The translations under genes and the position numbers were made by a program. From Patellaria atrata CBS 101060 (lineage: Eukaryota), in assembly GCA_010093705.1 (NCBI GenBank), contig MU006091.1, positions 1,488,001 to 1,552,000 on the forward strand: a stretch of 64,000 nt of DNA, written 5' to 3'. Positions 51,433 through 62,187 of the stretch are shown one piece after another. The notes under the pieces are model-generated. The model searched no databases. It was not told the origin of the DNA and saw only the letters and a program-made list of their open reading frames with translations. Each line of letters begins with the position of its first letter. Position 1 is the stretch's first letter.

Positions 51433-52486
51433 CTAGCCTTGCTGCAGATATCCAGTTAGGGTTGAACCCTGAACCTCCGCATACCTATAGACACTAGGCA
51501 CACCGTTCGAATACTGGACATATCTTTGCGAAGGTGGCGCTTGGTAGGCTACAAAGACCTGCTGTGGTGGCGATTGTTGATCGTATGGCATAGCTGAATA
51601 CATAGGTTGAGCGCCGTACTGTAAAGGTGTTTGCATGGGCTGCGCCATTCTTGGATCTTGGGGAGGGTCCGGGGCGGGAGCAGGTGGTTGAGAGAGCATT
51701 TGGACATGTCGGCTAGGAAGCTGGAAGGAGTTCTGGGAATTTCGGCACGTGGTTTCTTCTGAGCGGGTGTGTTGACATTTCGTGGTCGAAAGTGGATCCC
51801 AGTAAGCGGTGAAGTCGACCGCTTTTCGCTCAGTCCACTGCCGAGCAACTTTCTCAAAGTCTTCCAAAAACTCTTTGTGGAAGGAGTAATAGACGGTGCC
51901 ATTATTGAAGACAAGGACATATTCGAGTTTATTTTTAATGTTCAAGGCGATGGGCTGTAGTAGAATGAATTCAATCGAAGCTTTTTCGGGGCGTCGTGCT
52001 ACTTACATTGATAGTGAACTTCTCAGACTCAGGTCTCGCTTTTGCGTCTGCCAGAGCCCTCTCAAGCTTTCCCGGAAGCTTTCCCTTCTCGTATTTGAAC
52101 CAGTCACTGCCGTAGATGACCCAACTAATACCGTACCCTAATGCAACACTGATACGTCTCCCTACCCACTCGGTTGCTCCATAAATGTCCTCCTTTCCAC
52201 CAACAATATGGCGCTGGATCACCATTGCACATTTGTACAGAAGGCCGGCCCAGCGATAATGCCAATTCTCTTGCCTATCTGTCGTTCTGATGAAGAATGA
52301 GCCAGCAGCTATACCCGAGCCCTCTCCAAACGCGACAAAGCTTGGGCGTTCGGCAAAGTTCTTCTGCAAATCTTCCAGATTGAATCCAAGGTAAGGATGA
52401 GCTGCGGGAGAGTCTACTGTTCCGGCTGAGCTAGGACCTGGACCGATCCGCCCAACAGTAGATAAACCACAGGTACTCTGGGTCAT
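51433..52486 (-). CDS. Hypothetical protein with Q/P-rich C-terminus, 2 exons
   Basis: Two ORFs joined in frame by a GTAAGT..CTACAG intron (~51955-52006); no recognisable domain. Confidence 0.7.
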
Positions 52487-53814
52487 CGGTCGGTTTGGTT
52501 GGATCCTAGCTCGAATCTCCCGCTGGAGTCCATGTAGTCCTATTCACGATGTAATAAGGACGATCCTTGGATGCTTGGCCAGCTTTGACGTGCGCGTCAA
52601 TGTAGTTAGAGAGAGATTTCAGTAAATTGATACTATAGCAAACTAGTTAATTTACCATAATACAGTGAATTATTTGAGGAGTAGTATCAAAACAGTTTCC
52701 CTTTAAATATCCATAATAGCTCTTCAAGCGCACACAAGTTAGAGGCATTCTATCCATGAGAAGGGAGCATAGAAAACATTATCTTACTGTTTTACAAGAC
52801 TTCTGTCATTCTTGTCAGCTCGCTTGATTGGATGAGGGTTGGATGTTGTAAAGTAGCTCTGAGGGCCAGGGCCTAGCATAAAACTAAGGACGGAACCTTG
52901 AGAATCGCTCGCCATATCCGCGTGTAGAGATTTTCGAATTCGACTGGCAAGGGATGAAGACCGATCCATGTCGTGGAATGTGGTTTGTTACCCAAGCTTA
53001 TGACTATTCCATGGGGTTGCAAGCTTTTGTAGACATCAGGGAGGTAGATGAGCCCCCTTTCGGCCCCATATTGAGGAGCAGAAATGATAGTTCGCGGTAA
53101 GACCAGCATAATTACCTTCCGAGACCAGATGTAAATAGTTGAGTTGAGATGCCTTCGAGGGGCTTGGATCTTCTGCAATAGTTCTACTAAGTCGTCAGTC
53201 TATAGGGAGAACGTGAGGGGAGTAGTTGATGAGGGAGGCAGGCTGTTGTTTGCCTCTTTCCGGTCAGTTTCTCAACGACCAATTTCCTCATATACATCCG
53301 ATCCAAAAACAAAACAAAAAAACCCTTGAAGTATCAGATGTATTTATCCAAAAATGCCACCTTCTACCCTACTGCAGTTATCATTCTCGGCCTCTCTAAG
53401 CTCACAGCACGAATAAACTGGTGTATCAACAGACCCTCTTTTTTATACAGCTGAGTCCGATATATTTGTAGAGTTTCCTTCCTACGTCGTGACTTTCCCG
53501 TAGAGAAAAATATGGAGTGCATTTTAGAAAACGAGTCGCAGTACCCTCAATACAAGACCTTTGAATCCAATATGCATAAGATAGATCTTGATTACCTTTT
53601 AGGTTAGATCAAGAGAGCCCTTAGAGGAACAGCCTTCTGAATGTGTTCTTGCATATGTTTAGTAATTCACACAGTCGTTCAGCTCGCCACAGTTCGAAGA
53701 ATTGCCTACTTGATGAGTTCAAAGATGACCAATATGCGGACCACTCACTATGTGTCCAGATTTCCCCAACGCCGTGCTTTATGAAGAATCATAATACCTT
53801 ATCATCAATTTCCA

Positions 53815-55168
53815 CTACTTTTTCGCCTTTATCGTAACAAGCTCTGCCCCATTCCTCACCACCCCGACCATACCGCCCGTCTGGACAGCTTCACTGCCTC
53901 CTCCACTGAGTCGATATTCAATCTCGGCCAAACCTTCCATCCAAGTCACTCTTGTCTGCGAGGGGACATCTAATTTGTTCAGTTCTTCGCCAAGTGCAGT
54001 CAGAATATCGGCAAGGGCTAATCCCTTCGCAGCCTTAAGTGTATTGATAGTATTTAAGCATGAAGTAACATCCGTATTGTCAAGTAGTGTCCTCTTGATC
54101 AGGGTAATGTCGTCAGGATGAGGTGCTGCTATACATTCGTAAATGGTGCTCTGCGTTATGAGATCTCTTTTGATGGTTTTTGGATCGGGAGGTGCTTGAC
54201 CAGGTGGTTGAAGAGGGGTGCTACTTGCATGACAAGCTTGTAGTACATTCAACGCTCGCCTCATGTCACCTTTGCTAAGACGCACTAAGCTCTCAATTGC
54301 ATCTGGCGCGATGTGAACGTTTTCCTCTTCTATCACACGATCCACTAGGCGATGGATATCTGCATCTTTAAGGGGGCTGAACCTAAACCTGGTACATCTT
54401 GATAAGAGAGCTGGTGATAGTTTGTGCGTGTAGTTGGCGATAATGCAGAACCGCGTGTTAACGGTATACTTCTCCATTATACGTCTGAGCGCCATTTGTG
54501 CAGTTGCGGTCATTGCATCCGCTTCATCCAAGATGATGAGCTTGAATGACGCAAGGGACCCAGTATCACCAGACTTGGGAGCGGCGGTGAAGATTTGCTT
54601 CGTACTGCTGAAAGTCTTAATCTGCTCTCTAAGAGTTATCAGTCTGCGAAAGGAGTGAAAGTAGAGATATCGGGAGATCACCAACCGGACGACATCAATA
54701 CCTCTATCATCAGATGCATTAAGCTCCAGTACCATCTGTCTCATGTTGTTGTTCCCATATATACGTCTAGCTAGCGCGAGAACCGTGGATGTTTTCCCTG
54801 TTCCCGGTGGACCGTATAACAGAAGATGAGGTAACCTCTATTGTATGGTAAGTGTTTAAAGTTTCATTGAGTGGTAAATGAGACCATACGTTCGAGTCTA
54901 CGAACTTATTGATTGTAGCAAGGATATCTTGGTGGCCAGAAACGTCATCCAGTGTGTTAGGACGGTATTTCTCAACCCTGGTGTGAATTAGCAGTCTGAC
55001 AAGAGTATATTCATGTTGTATTCACCATGGTAGAGTATCCTCCGCTTCAACGGGTAGGTTTGCTGCGCTTCTCTTGCCCTTATTGTTTACATTGTTGGAG
55101 CTAAACTGGATTTCATCTTTGGTGCCGGGACCATCGACTTCCATCTCATCAACTTCATAGTCTGACAT
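53815..55168 (-). CDS. RFC3: Replication factor C small subunit (yeast Rfc3 / human RFC5), multi-exon
   Basis: AEDTLPWVEKYRP; LPHLLLYGPPGTGKTST; LELNASDDRGIDVVR; LIILDEADAMT; SRCTRFRF; GDMRRALN. Confidence 0.96.
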
Positions 55169-55259
55169 TTTTGCCGGTAGAGTTAATTACCGTAAGAAGT
55201 GAGGAATTGGAAGTTCAGATGTACAGTTGGAGACTAAAGTGCATGTGAACTACGAATAG

Positions 55260-55270
55260 ACGCGACGCGA
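55260..55270. promoter_or_regulatory. Tandem MCB-like ACGCG elements upstream of RFC3
   Basis: ACGCGACGCGA ~95 bp upstream of the RFC3 ATG; replication genes are typical MBF targets. Confidence 0.5.
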
Positions 55271-55403
55271 TGAGGCGTGTGAATTGATTTTCGAAGAACC
55301 TTATCTTATCTTGGTCCCATCAAACACCAAACGAAACGTCTGAGGGATCTCAACCCACTTCCACTTTACATCATCAGGCGCTACAATTGTAGCAAACTTT
55401 ACA

Positions 55404-56204
55404 ATGCCGGTATGACAATCCGATGATATTGGCTGATGCTATATTTAACTCTCCGGCTAGGTATACCACTCACAGGTTCGGAATGAGCCGAACCAACACA
55501 TCATAGGTAACTATTAGCTCCCCGATACACCCATGATGCAAGATGCTATTGTCAAACAGCTATCCAGATCTTACACGCCATGAATACTCTCATCTTCATT
55601 CTTAACATTGACGTCAACTTCTAGGCAACTTCCCCTTAAGACCTCTCCGCACGCGCACTCGCGGTCCAGCCCAAACCCTTCCTCCCCTCACCGACGGCGC
55701 CCCCCTTTTCAAAATCGACCCCGATAACGGCTCCTACGACTCGGTCGACGATGCCCTCAGGCTCTTCCGCGCCGACACTCTTTTCAAGAACTTTGCCATC
55801 GGAGGCTCCGAAGACCGAGTGCTCATATATGGCATCCTCTTCATCAATGAATTACTCAGCCATTTAAACCCGGCCATGAGCAAGAGGGATGCAGAAAAAG
55901 CAGTTATGAATGTTGCCCTCGATACAAATTTCAAGCTTCCCAGCGATCTAAAACCTCCGCTTAACAATTTTTTCCAGCCCCCGAGGGATAGACAGGAGGC
56001 AGAGATGTTGAGGAGCTATCTGGTGCAGGTGAGGCAAGAGTTAGCGCTAAGATTACCAGAGTGGATCTATATAGATGGACCCCATGATAATGCAAAGGTG
56101 TGTACTCTCTTTTTCTGTGTCTACTTTAGCATTACTAACCTAACATTCTGCTGTAGCATTGGTTGATGTTCAGAAAGAGGCCTTTCATGGGCAGATCACC
56201 ATAA
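55404..56204 (+). CDS. ARC18: Arp2/3 complex p21 subunit (ARPC3/Arc18)-like, divergent, 4 exons
   Basis: MPVYHS..IGNFPLRPLRTRTRGPA; DRVLIYGILFI; PPRDRQEAEMLRSYL.QVRQELA.RL; KHWLMFRKRPFMGRSP*. Confidence 0.85.
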
Positions 56205-56622
56205 GTTTGAAGTTCCCCGTGGACAGGTACTGAAAGCTCGGAAAGTTCTAAGGCACAGCGCTATCGAATTTGCCAAAGACATGATTAATGATAGATTTAT
56301 ATGACTATTGTCATGTGCATCGCAGTGTTGTTACGACATCCCCATTCCAAACCTTAGTGTGTCCTCCCTTAAGCACCCCAGCCGCTACTCCCTCGCCGTA
56401 CAAAACGGCGTCTATACCTGCAAAGAAAACGTATCGTAAAGTATCACTCTCTCCGTGTAGTATAAACTCTCAGTGTAGTATTACTCTCCATACACCAATG
56501 AAACCAGTGCTACTCTGACCTACATGTACCCCTCTCCCCTCCCTTCACATTCTTCCCCCAAAGCCAGACTCTGCAGAATCAACCATATATCCCTCCACCT
56601 CATCACAAAATCCCATATCTCT

Positions 56623-57504
56623 CTACCGCCCAACCCTCTGTCCCGCCCCACTCCCAAACACCCTATCTACCCTCTCCCCCCGATGCCACACGACCTCCCC
56701 ACCCCTCCGCTTAAAATACGCAACCCGATGCATAGGCACAAACTCCTCATCCGAGCTATTATCCCTCCACTCCCCCGCCGGCACCTCCAAAAATCCCTTA
56801 AACCGATCCACATACCCGACCACAAACTCCTCAATCCTGTACTCCGGATCGTGCCTCAGCCTCGCCAACACATCCTGCGCGGGCCTCAGCTTAACCCTAG
56901 CCACAGCCTCGGAAGCCGCGGGATCCCCACAATGCCGTATATTCCTCGCCTTCCCCGAGCCTTTAGATGATTTGATAGAAGAGGACAGCTTTTTGGCAAC
57001 GACGATGTAGTGCGCCTTCCCCTCCGCGTCGGGAAGTTCAAAGTGTTTTTCGACGGTTAGGTCGGCGGCTTCGAGCGCGAATTGCAACGAGTCCTCGCTC
57101 TTCACCCACGTTCCATCTGCTTCCCCTGGTTTCGCCACCGCAACAACAACTTTTCCCCCCGGTTTCAAAAACGCAGTCCACGATTCCACCGCCCTTTCCG
57201 GGTCTTTCAGTCCCGTGAAGTCTTGGAGACACACGATCCAGTCGAAGTACGCTTTTTTGAATGCGGGGCCGGCTAGATTGTCTAAGGGTGAAGTGGCGAA
57301 GGAGACATTGGCGGGATAAGGCGGGGATGGGGAGAGGGAGGTGGTGTCGACGCTGAGGACGGAGCCGGTGCGGCCGATTAGAGTCGAGATGTGGTGGGTT
57401 GTGGGGGGAGTGGGGGAGAGGTGAAGGATGTGTTGGCCAGGGAGGATGGTTATGGGGGTTAGGAAGGGGATGTTGGAGTCTGTGGGGGGTTTGGTTGAGG
57501 CCAT
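56623..57504 (-). CDS. Fusion of a degenerate class I SAM-methyltransferase fold and an MJ1316 RNA-end recognition domain
   Basis: N-terminal part: ILPGQHILHL..IGRTGSVLSVD..FDWIVC..DPERAVESWTAFLKPGGKVV. C-terminal part: KLRPAQDVLARLRHD..FVVGYVDRF.G..E...W...EEFVPMHRVAYFKR..GEVVW.R..RVDRVFGSG. Confidence 0.8.
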   Translation of the reverse strand: MASTKPPTDSNIPFLTPITILPGQHILHLSPTPPTTHHISTLIGRTGSVLSVDTTSLSPSPPYPANVSFATSPLDNLAGPAFKKAYFDWIVCLQDFTGLKDPERAVESWTAFLKPGGKVVVAVAKPGEADGTWVKSEDSLQFALEAADLTVEKHFELPDAEGKAHYIVVAKKLSSSIKSSKGSGKARNIRHCGDPAASEAVARVKLRPAQDVLARLRHDPEYRIEEFVVGYVDRFKGFLEVPAGEWRDNSSDEEFVPMHRVAYFKRRGGEVVWHRGERVDRVFGSGAGQRVGR

Positions 57505-58199
57505 TGGTGTGGTTTTCTAGGGCTTTTTGCGTGAGAGGTGTATTGCTGGGAGTGTTTAGGTGCTAGAGTAGGAATTGGTTCATATAAGTATTGTTATATG
57601 TTCACGGGGTAGTTCTGGTTTGAATCACTGTCTGTGTACTGCGCCTCGTTCCTAGGGCGAAGGATTACTCACGTATGCACAGTATAGGAGATATAACTGA
57701 CTCACATCTATAAAATATTCTGTACGGAAATGCGAATTAGAGTCTTTGGTTGGGATATGTTATCCGATTTTTGGTGATGTTGGAGGATTGAGATGCGGTG
57801 TCCTAAAGCGGTAAGGTTAATAAGCTCTATTATTCGCCACAACATCATCATTGAACATTACGACTAATTGTATATTCACTCGCGCTACTATATGAGTAGG
57901 GTAAATATATAGACTTTGCTGTACATATCGATTAATCTTTTGTATGGAGTTGAAATAAGAATTCTATTCAGCCTCCCGACATCAAGGCTCGACTAATTTG
58001 GAATCCACTGTATGAACGCATATCATCGTCCCGTCATGAAATTTTTGAACCATTATTATCGACCAATTTTACCGCCAGAATTATGAAAATCGAAAAGGAC
58101 CCAACCGTGCTATGGTATGAAAGGGGTATCGTAGTATACAAAAACAAATTTCCCACCGCCAGGTGAAATCGTCACAATGTAGAAAGATCCAAACCCCAT

Positions 58200-59297
58200 C
58201 TATGGCTTATACACCGGATCCCTGCTTGCGATGATATGGTCAAGAAGCTCACCCTTAGTCGCCAAAGCTTCTGCCGCAGCTCTATCGCAAGCCTGCGCCT
58301 TCGAATTACCCACTCCCGAGGCCAGGTACGTATCCCGAGCCCCCATATGGTGGCAGGCGTATTCGAAGAAGTAGAGCCCCTTGGCACGATTCAGCTCGTG
58401 TTTAGTCTGCCTGAACTCGATCTTTTCACCACGGCATGCCATCTTCCTATGCAAAAGATCCTTGGGGTTCTCCATAGGTTTGGTGGTGGTCTCGATTTCG
58501 GTACCCTGTTGTACCACGTACGGCTCCCAAAGAGCGCCCACCCATTCCTCAACTCGTTTAAGGCCATTTTCTGGGTCATCTTGCACGATGGCCGCTACGT
58601 ACGCTTCGAACACATCTGCTTTCATCTTCTCCAGCTTTGCGCCAGTGGGTTCCGGTATAGTGTGTTGTACGCGGGGAAAGAAATTGTACGCATCAGCGTA
58701 TGCAGCTAGAGTGGTATTTCTGATGAGAGCTTGCCGATAGTATGAGAGTTTGCCAACCGGTACAGTCGTGAAGTGCTGATTGACGAGACGCGTTGAGATG
58801 AGCTGTATGTACGCGTCACCAAGGAATTCGAGCCGCTCGTAGCAGTTGTGGCCTGTGTTGATCTCTGTGCCAGAAATATGGCTTGAGTGGGTGAAAACCA
58901 AATCTTCTAGCTTCTTGTCTTTGATCGCAGGAAGGACGGGTAACTGGTCTGGTATCGGTGTCCAACTTGTACCAGGTACAAATTTGGAGGCTTGATTTGT
59001 AGTTCTGCCTTTTTGCTGAAATTCTGGTACGGATCGAGCTGTGCGGAGCTTCGAGTCTCTATGGGTTTTCTGATAATTCGGTGAAGACTGATATGTACCG
59101 GTGTTGGAGAATTTTGGTTCTTGTTGCGATCTGTCACTATGATACGAGGACCTCTCACCGCGTGTACCATCAGATCGTTGGTTGTTGCTTTCATGCTGGA
59201 ACTTTGGAACATTGATATCGGTACGCTGCTTCTTCTGACAATGCTGAGAGTACTGATCGCGGTCCTCAGATAAGGAGTAGTAATCTCGTTTTCCCAT
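58200..59297 (-). CDS. Ribonuclease III (Pac1/Rnt1-like) with C-terminal dsRNA-binding domain
   Basis: FTHSS..YERLEFLGDA signature; KMKADVFEAYVAA; dsRBD-like NPKDLL...LASGVGNSKAQA..RAAAEAL. Confidence 0.92.
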   Translation of the reverse strand: MGKRDYYSLSEDRDQYSQHCQKKQRTDINVPKFQHESNNQRSDGTRGERSSYHSDRSQQEPKFSNTGTYQSSPNYQKTHRDSKLRTARSVPEFQQKGRTTNQASKFVPGTSWTPIPDQLPVLPAIKDKKLEDLVFTHSSHISGTEINTGHNCYERLEFLGDAYIQLISTRLVNQHFTTVPVGKLSYYRQALIRNTTLAAYADAYNFFPRVQHTIPEPTGAKLEKMKADVFEAYVAAIVQDDPENGLKRVEEWVGALWEPYVVQQGTEIETTTKPMENPKDLLHRKMACRGEKIEFRQTKHELNRAKGLYFFEYACHHMGARDTYLASGVGNSKAQACDRAAAEALATKGELLDHIIASRDPVYKP

Positions 59298-59495
59298 TTT
59301 TGCAGAATGAGAATATGATGCAGAAATGTTGTTATGAAAAAGTAGGAGTAAGGCCGAGTGTATAAAAATAAAAAAGATGGTCGCGAGTCATGCAGATTCT
59401 TGGCAGTCAGTCGTAGTTCTACAGCGAAACCTCACGCCGCAATCTTTCAGTTCACTCTTCGTGTGCATCAATTCCAGTTCCCCTGTCTAACGACA

Positions 59496-60042
59496 ATGTC
59501 AGTGCCCCGATCGCGGATATTAGATCTCGCAAAGGTATGGATTTTTACCTTATATACTAAACTTTGCAATTGACGTGATACCCAGGTCCAATGTCGCATC
59601 TTCAGCACAATCTTCAACCCAGAGGGCCTACGGCTGGGTAATAAAGTTCTTCGCCAACGTCTAAAAGGCCCCTCTGTCGCAGCATATTACCCACGGAGGG
59701 TTGGGACGTTGAAACAACTGCAAAAAGCGTATCCTGGATGGGAAACCTGGGATGAGAAGGAAGAAGACCGAATTGAAGGCCTGCAAGTGTATGTGAGATC
59801 TTATCAATTCTGGGTCGGAGAAGTGGCTCGAACAGGGACATCATTAGATGATGTGATAAAGACCGAAGAGGATTTGCGATGAGATGATGGAAACTGACCT
59901 AGTTGCAGTGCGAAAATGAGAGGCAAGGGCGCCCCAAAGAAGAAGCGAACGGCAGCAGGTATGTCACAGAGCCCTCTACAGTCTCAGGCTATTTTCTTAC
60001 CCTTTAATAGAATCGAAGAAACTTGGAAAGAAGAAGAAGTAG
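59496..60042 (+). CDS. RSM27: Mitochondrial small-subunit ribosomal protein mS33 (Rsm27), 4 exons
   Basis: MSVPRSRILDLAKVQCRIFSTIFNPEGLRLGNKVLRQRLKGPSVAAYYP...RGKGAPKKKRT. Confidence 0.95.
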
Positions 60043-60286
60043 AGGTGCTGTTTAGAAATTATAAAGACAGCATATTGCATCACAAGGCGTTTGGGGACTC
60101 ACAGACAAGTCTCAGCGTTTGTATAGGGTGGTCATTGTATATTATGAAGCAATCAATTGGACCGCATATGCTTGATTCAATTGATTTGAATGCAGTATGA
60201 CTATTTGGCTTGACTTGAAGTGATATGAAGAGATTACCACTTCCGCTTAGTTGATAGACATAAATAGGATGAATGATGTTGTATAG

Positions 60287-61435
60287 TCATGATGCATCAT
60301 ATTCCCTCTCTTCACCATATAGGATCTCACATACACCTCCGATCGGTACATCCATAACCGCATCAGTTCCTTCACTCCAAGCCTTTTTCCAATCGATATC
60401 CAGTCCTGTTGAGCTGGTATGTCTACTATGCCCTGCTGATCTTATCTTTCCATCAGATCGTCCTTTTACTCCGCTCGTTCGTGTTCTTATTATCTTCCCG
60501 TTGCGATCCAAGACTGCAATTTGGGCAGCACTATCCACAAGATTCTCAATCCCTTGCATAGGTATCGTCAAGTATCCAACATTATAGCTAGCCAACGCTA
60601 TATAGATATAGACTATGAGAATAACGAGCCAAGCAGGGATGGCTAAACTCCACCACCGGTTTGGATAGTAGTGAATGCCAAGTTGATGTAAGAAAGGAGA
60701 CGGTAAGTATGACCATAGGACGTACATGAGAAAACTTGCTGATGAGGCTAGGTATAGTGCAAACCCATAGTACTCGTATGTCGGTACTTTTGGTGATGCA
60801 CGAGGAACAGGTGCTGCTGTGCGAGCTGTTCGCGCAAGTGACGAAGAAGGGGTTGTTACGCCAGTAGCAGTTCCTCCGGTGCTCGTGCCCTTCACGCCAC
60901 CATCCGCTGAAGCAGAGGGTAGTTCCACATCACTGGAATCTGGTGTTGTAGGACGAGATGTGGTAGCAGAAAAGCTCGGTCTGAGCAAGCTTGTCAGACT
61001 AGGTGATGGAGGTAAAGGGGTAGGAGGTCGATTATAGAATGGCGGAAATAGACCTGATGAGGACTTTGAGCGTGGAAGATGTGTATATGAGCGACTAGAA
61101 TGCTGGTATAGCGGTCGATTTGGCAGCACAGCCAGATCATCTTCGGAAGAGGTGCTTGAAGTGGAATCAATGTCAAGTTTCAGGGGATCCGCATCTGGAT
61201 CTGGTTCGGTAGTAGTCTCGACTGAAGCTGGTTCTGAAGGAGAAGTGAGGATCGTGGGTGAAAGAGGATTGTTGGGCTCATGCTTCGAGGGGGGTCCAGC
61301 TGGGGAGGCAGGAATAGCTTTGGAGGCATTGACAGAACCAGCTGCAAGCTCTAGAGAGCTTAAAGTTGGTAGATTCGGAGTTGATTTGGATTGAAATCCA
61401 GGTGGAACAGCGGAGCCTCTACTCTGTGGTGGCAT
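60287..61435 (-). CDS. GPI19: GPI-GlcNAc transferase subunit PIG-P/Gpi19 with long S/P-rich N-terminus
   Basis: PRASPKVPTYEYYGF..Y.LWSYLPSPFLHQLGIHYYPNRWWSLAIP; GTDAVMDVPIGGVCEILYG. Confidence 0.92.
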   Translation of the reverse strand: MPPQSRGSAVPPGFQSKSTPNLPTLSSLELAAGSVNASKAIPASPAGPPSKHEPNNPLSPTILTSPSEPASVETTTEPDPDADPLKLDIDSTSSTSSEDDLAVLPNRPLYQHSSRSYTHLPRSKSSSGLFPPFYNRPPTPLPPSPSLTSLLRPSFSATTSRPTTPDSSDVELPSASADGGVKGTSTGGTATGVTTPSSSLARTARTAAPVPRASPKVPTYEYYGFALYLASSASFLMYVLWSYLPSPFLHQLGIHYYPNRWWSLAIPAWLVILIVYIYIALASYNVGYLTIPMQGIENLVDSAAQIAVLDRNGKIIRTRTSGVKGRSDGKIRSAGHSRHTSSTGLDIDWKKAWSEGTDAVMDVPIGGVCEILYGEEREYDAS

Positions 61436-62187
61436 TTTCGATGGAAGATGGGATGGAAGCCGCAAAGAGAAAGATCTTGGCAATATTGACGCATCCATGC
61501 TGACACGCTGATCCCACGAAGAGAACTTCAATCCATACCAACCTTTGTTAAGAATGATGTTTCATACTCGATATACAAGTGCTCTTTTACATTCTGGTGT
61601 ATTTTGTTTTATGCCAAACAAAAGATAGTTGCTCTGGTAACCATATCTGTTTGACCTTGCTCTACTCCATACAAAACATTTTTTCAGCTTCAAGGGACAC
61701 TTTTCCTAGAGGCTACCCAAGAATGATCATGTCTATTCTTAATTTCAGGGGTTCGGGGCGTACCCAGTCTATGAATTTCATGTGACCGTACTTTATCAGG
61801 ATCAATCAGAAGTTATTATCTAGTAGTAGGAGACATGTTAGAAAGTGCCATTGCCTCATATTTGAGATAACTCCTTCATTGCTCTACGAATGGTCCAAGG
61901 GGTTCAAACTTCGCTATATACCAGAGCGATAGTACTTGATTGGGTTGTTGGGAGATATACCTGTAATACGTTCCATGGTAATGCCAAACGTTTCACCTAA
62001 TTTCCAATCCAGCGAGATAGGACGATTCTTCTTTTAGTGATTCCGTATTTCATTCATGGTCATCATCAGTGATATAAAAGTCTCCTAACGTTTGTGGTGC
62101 AGAAAAGGGGAAACCCCGCTCTCGCACTTCAGACGCAATTGATTTCATCGCGGGGTCAAACTTTTTTTTTCCAATATATCCAACAGA

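Noticed and set aside
59789..59908. Intronic box C/D snoRNA in RSM27 intron 2
   Set aside because: Only imperfect C-box matches, the CTGA coincides with the branch point, and no guide sequence is recognisable.
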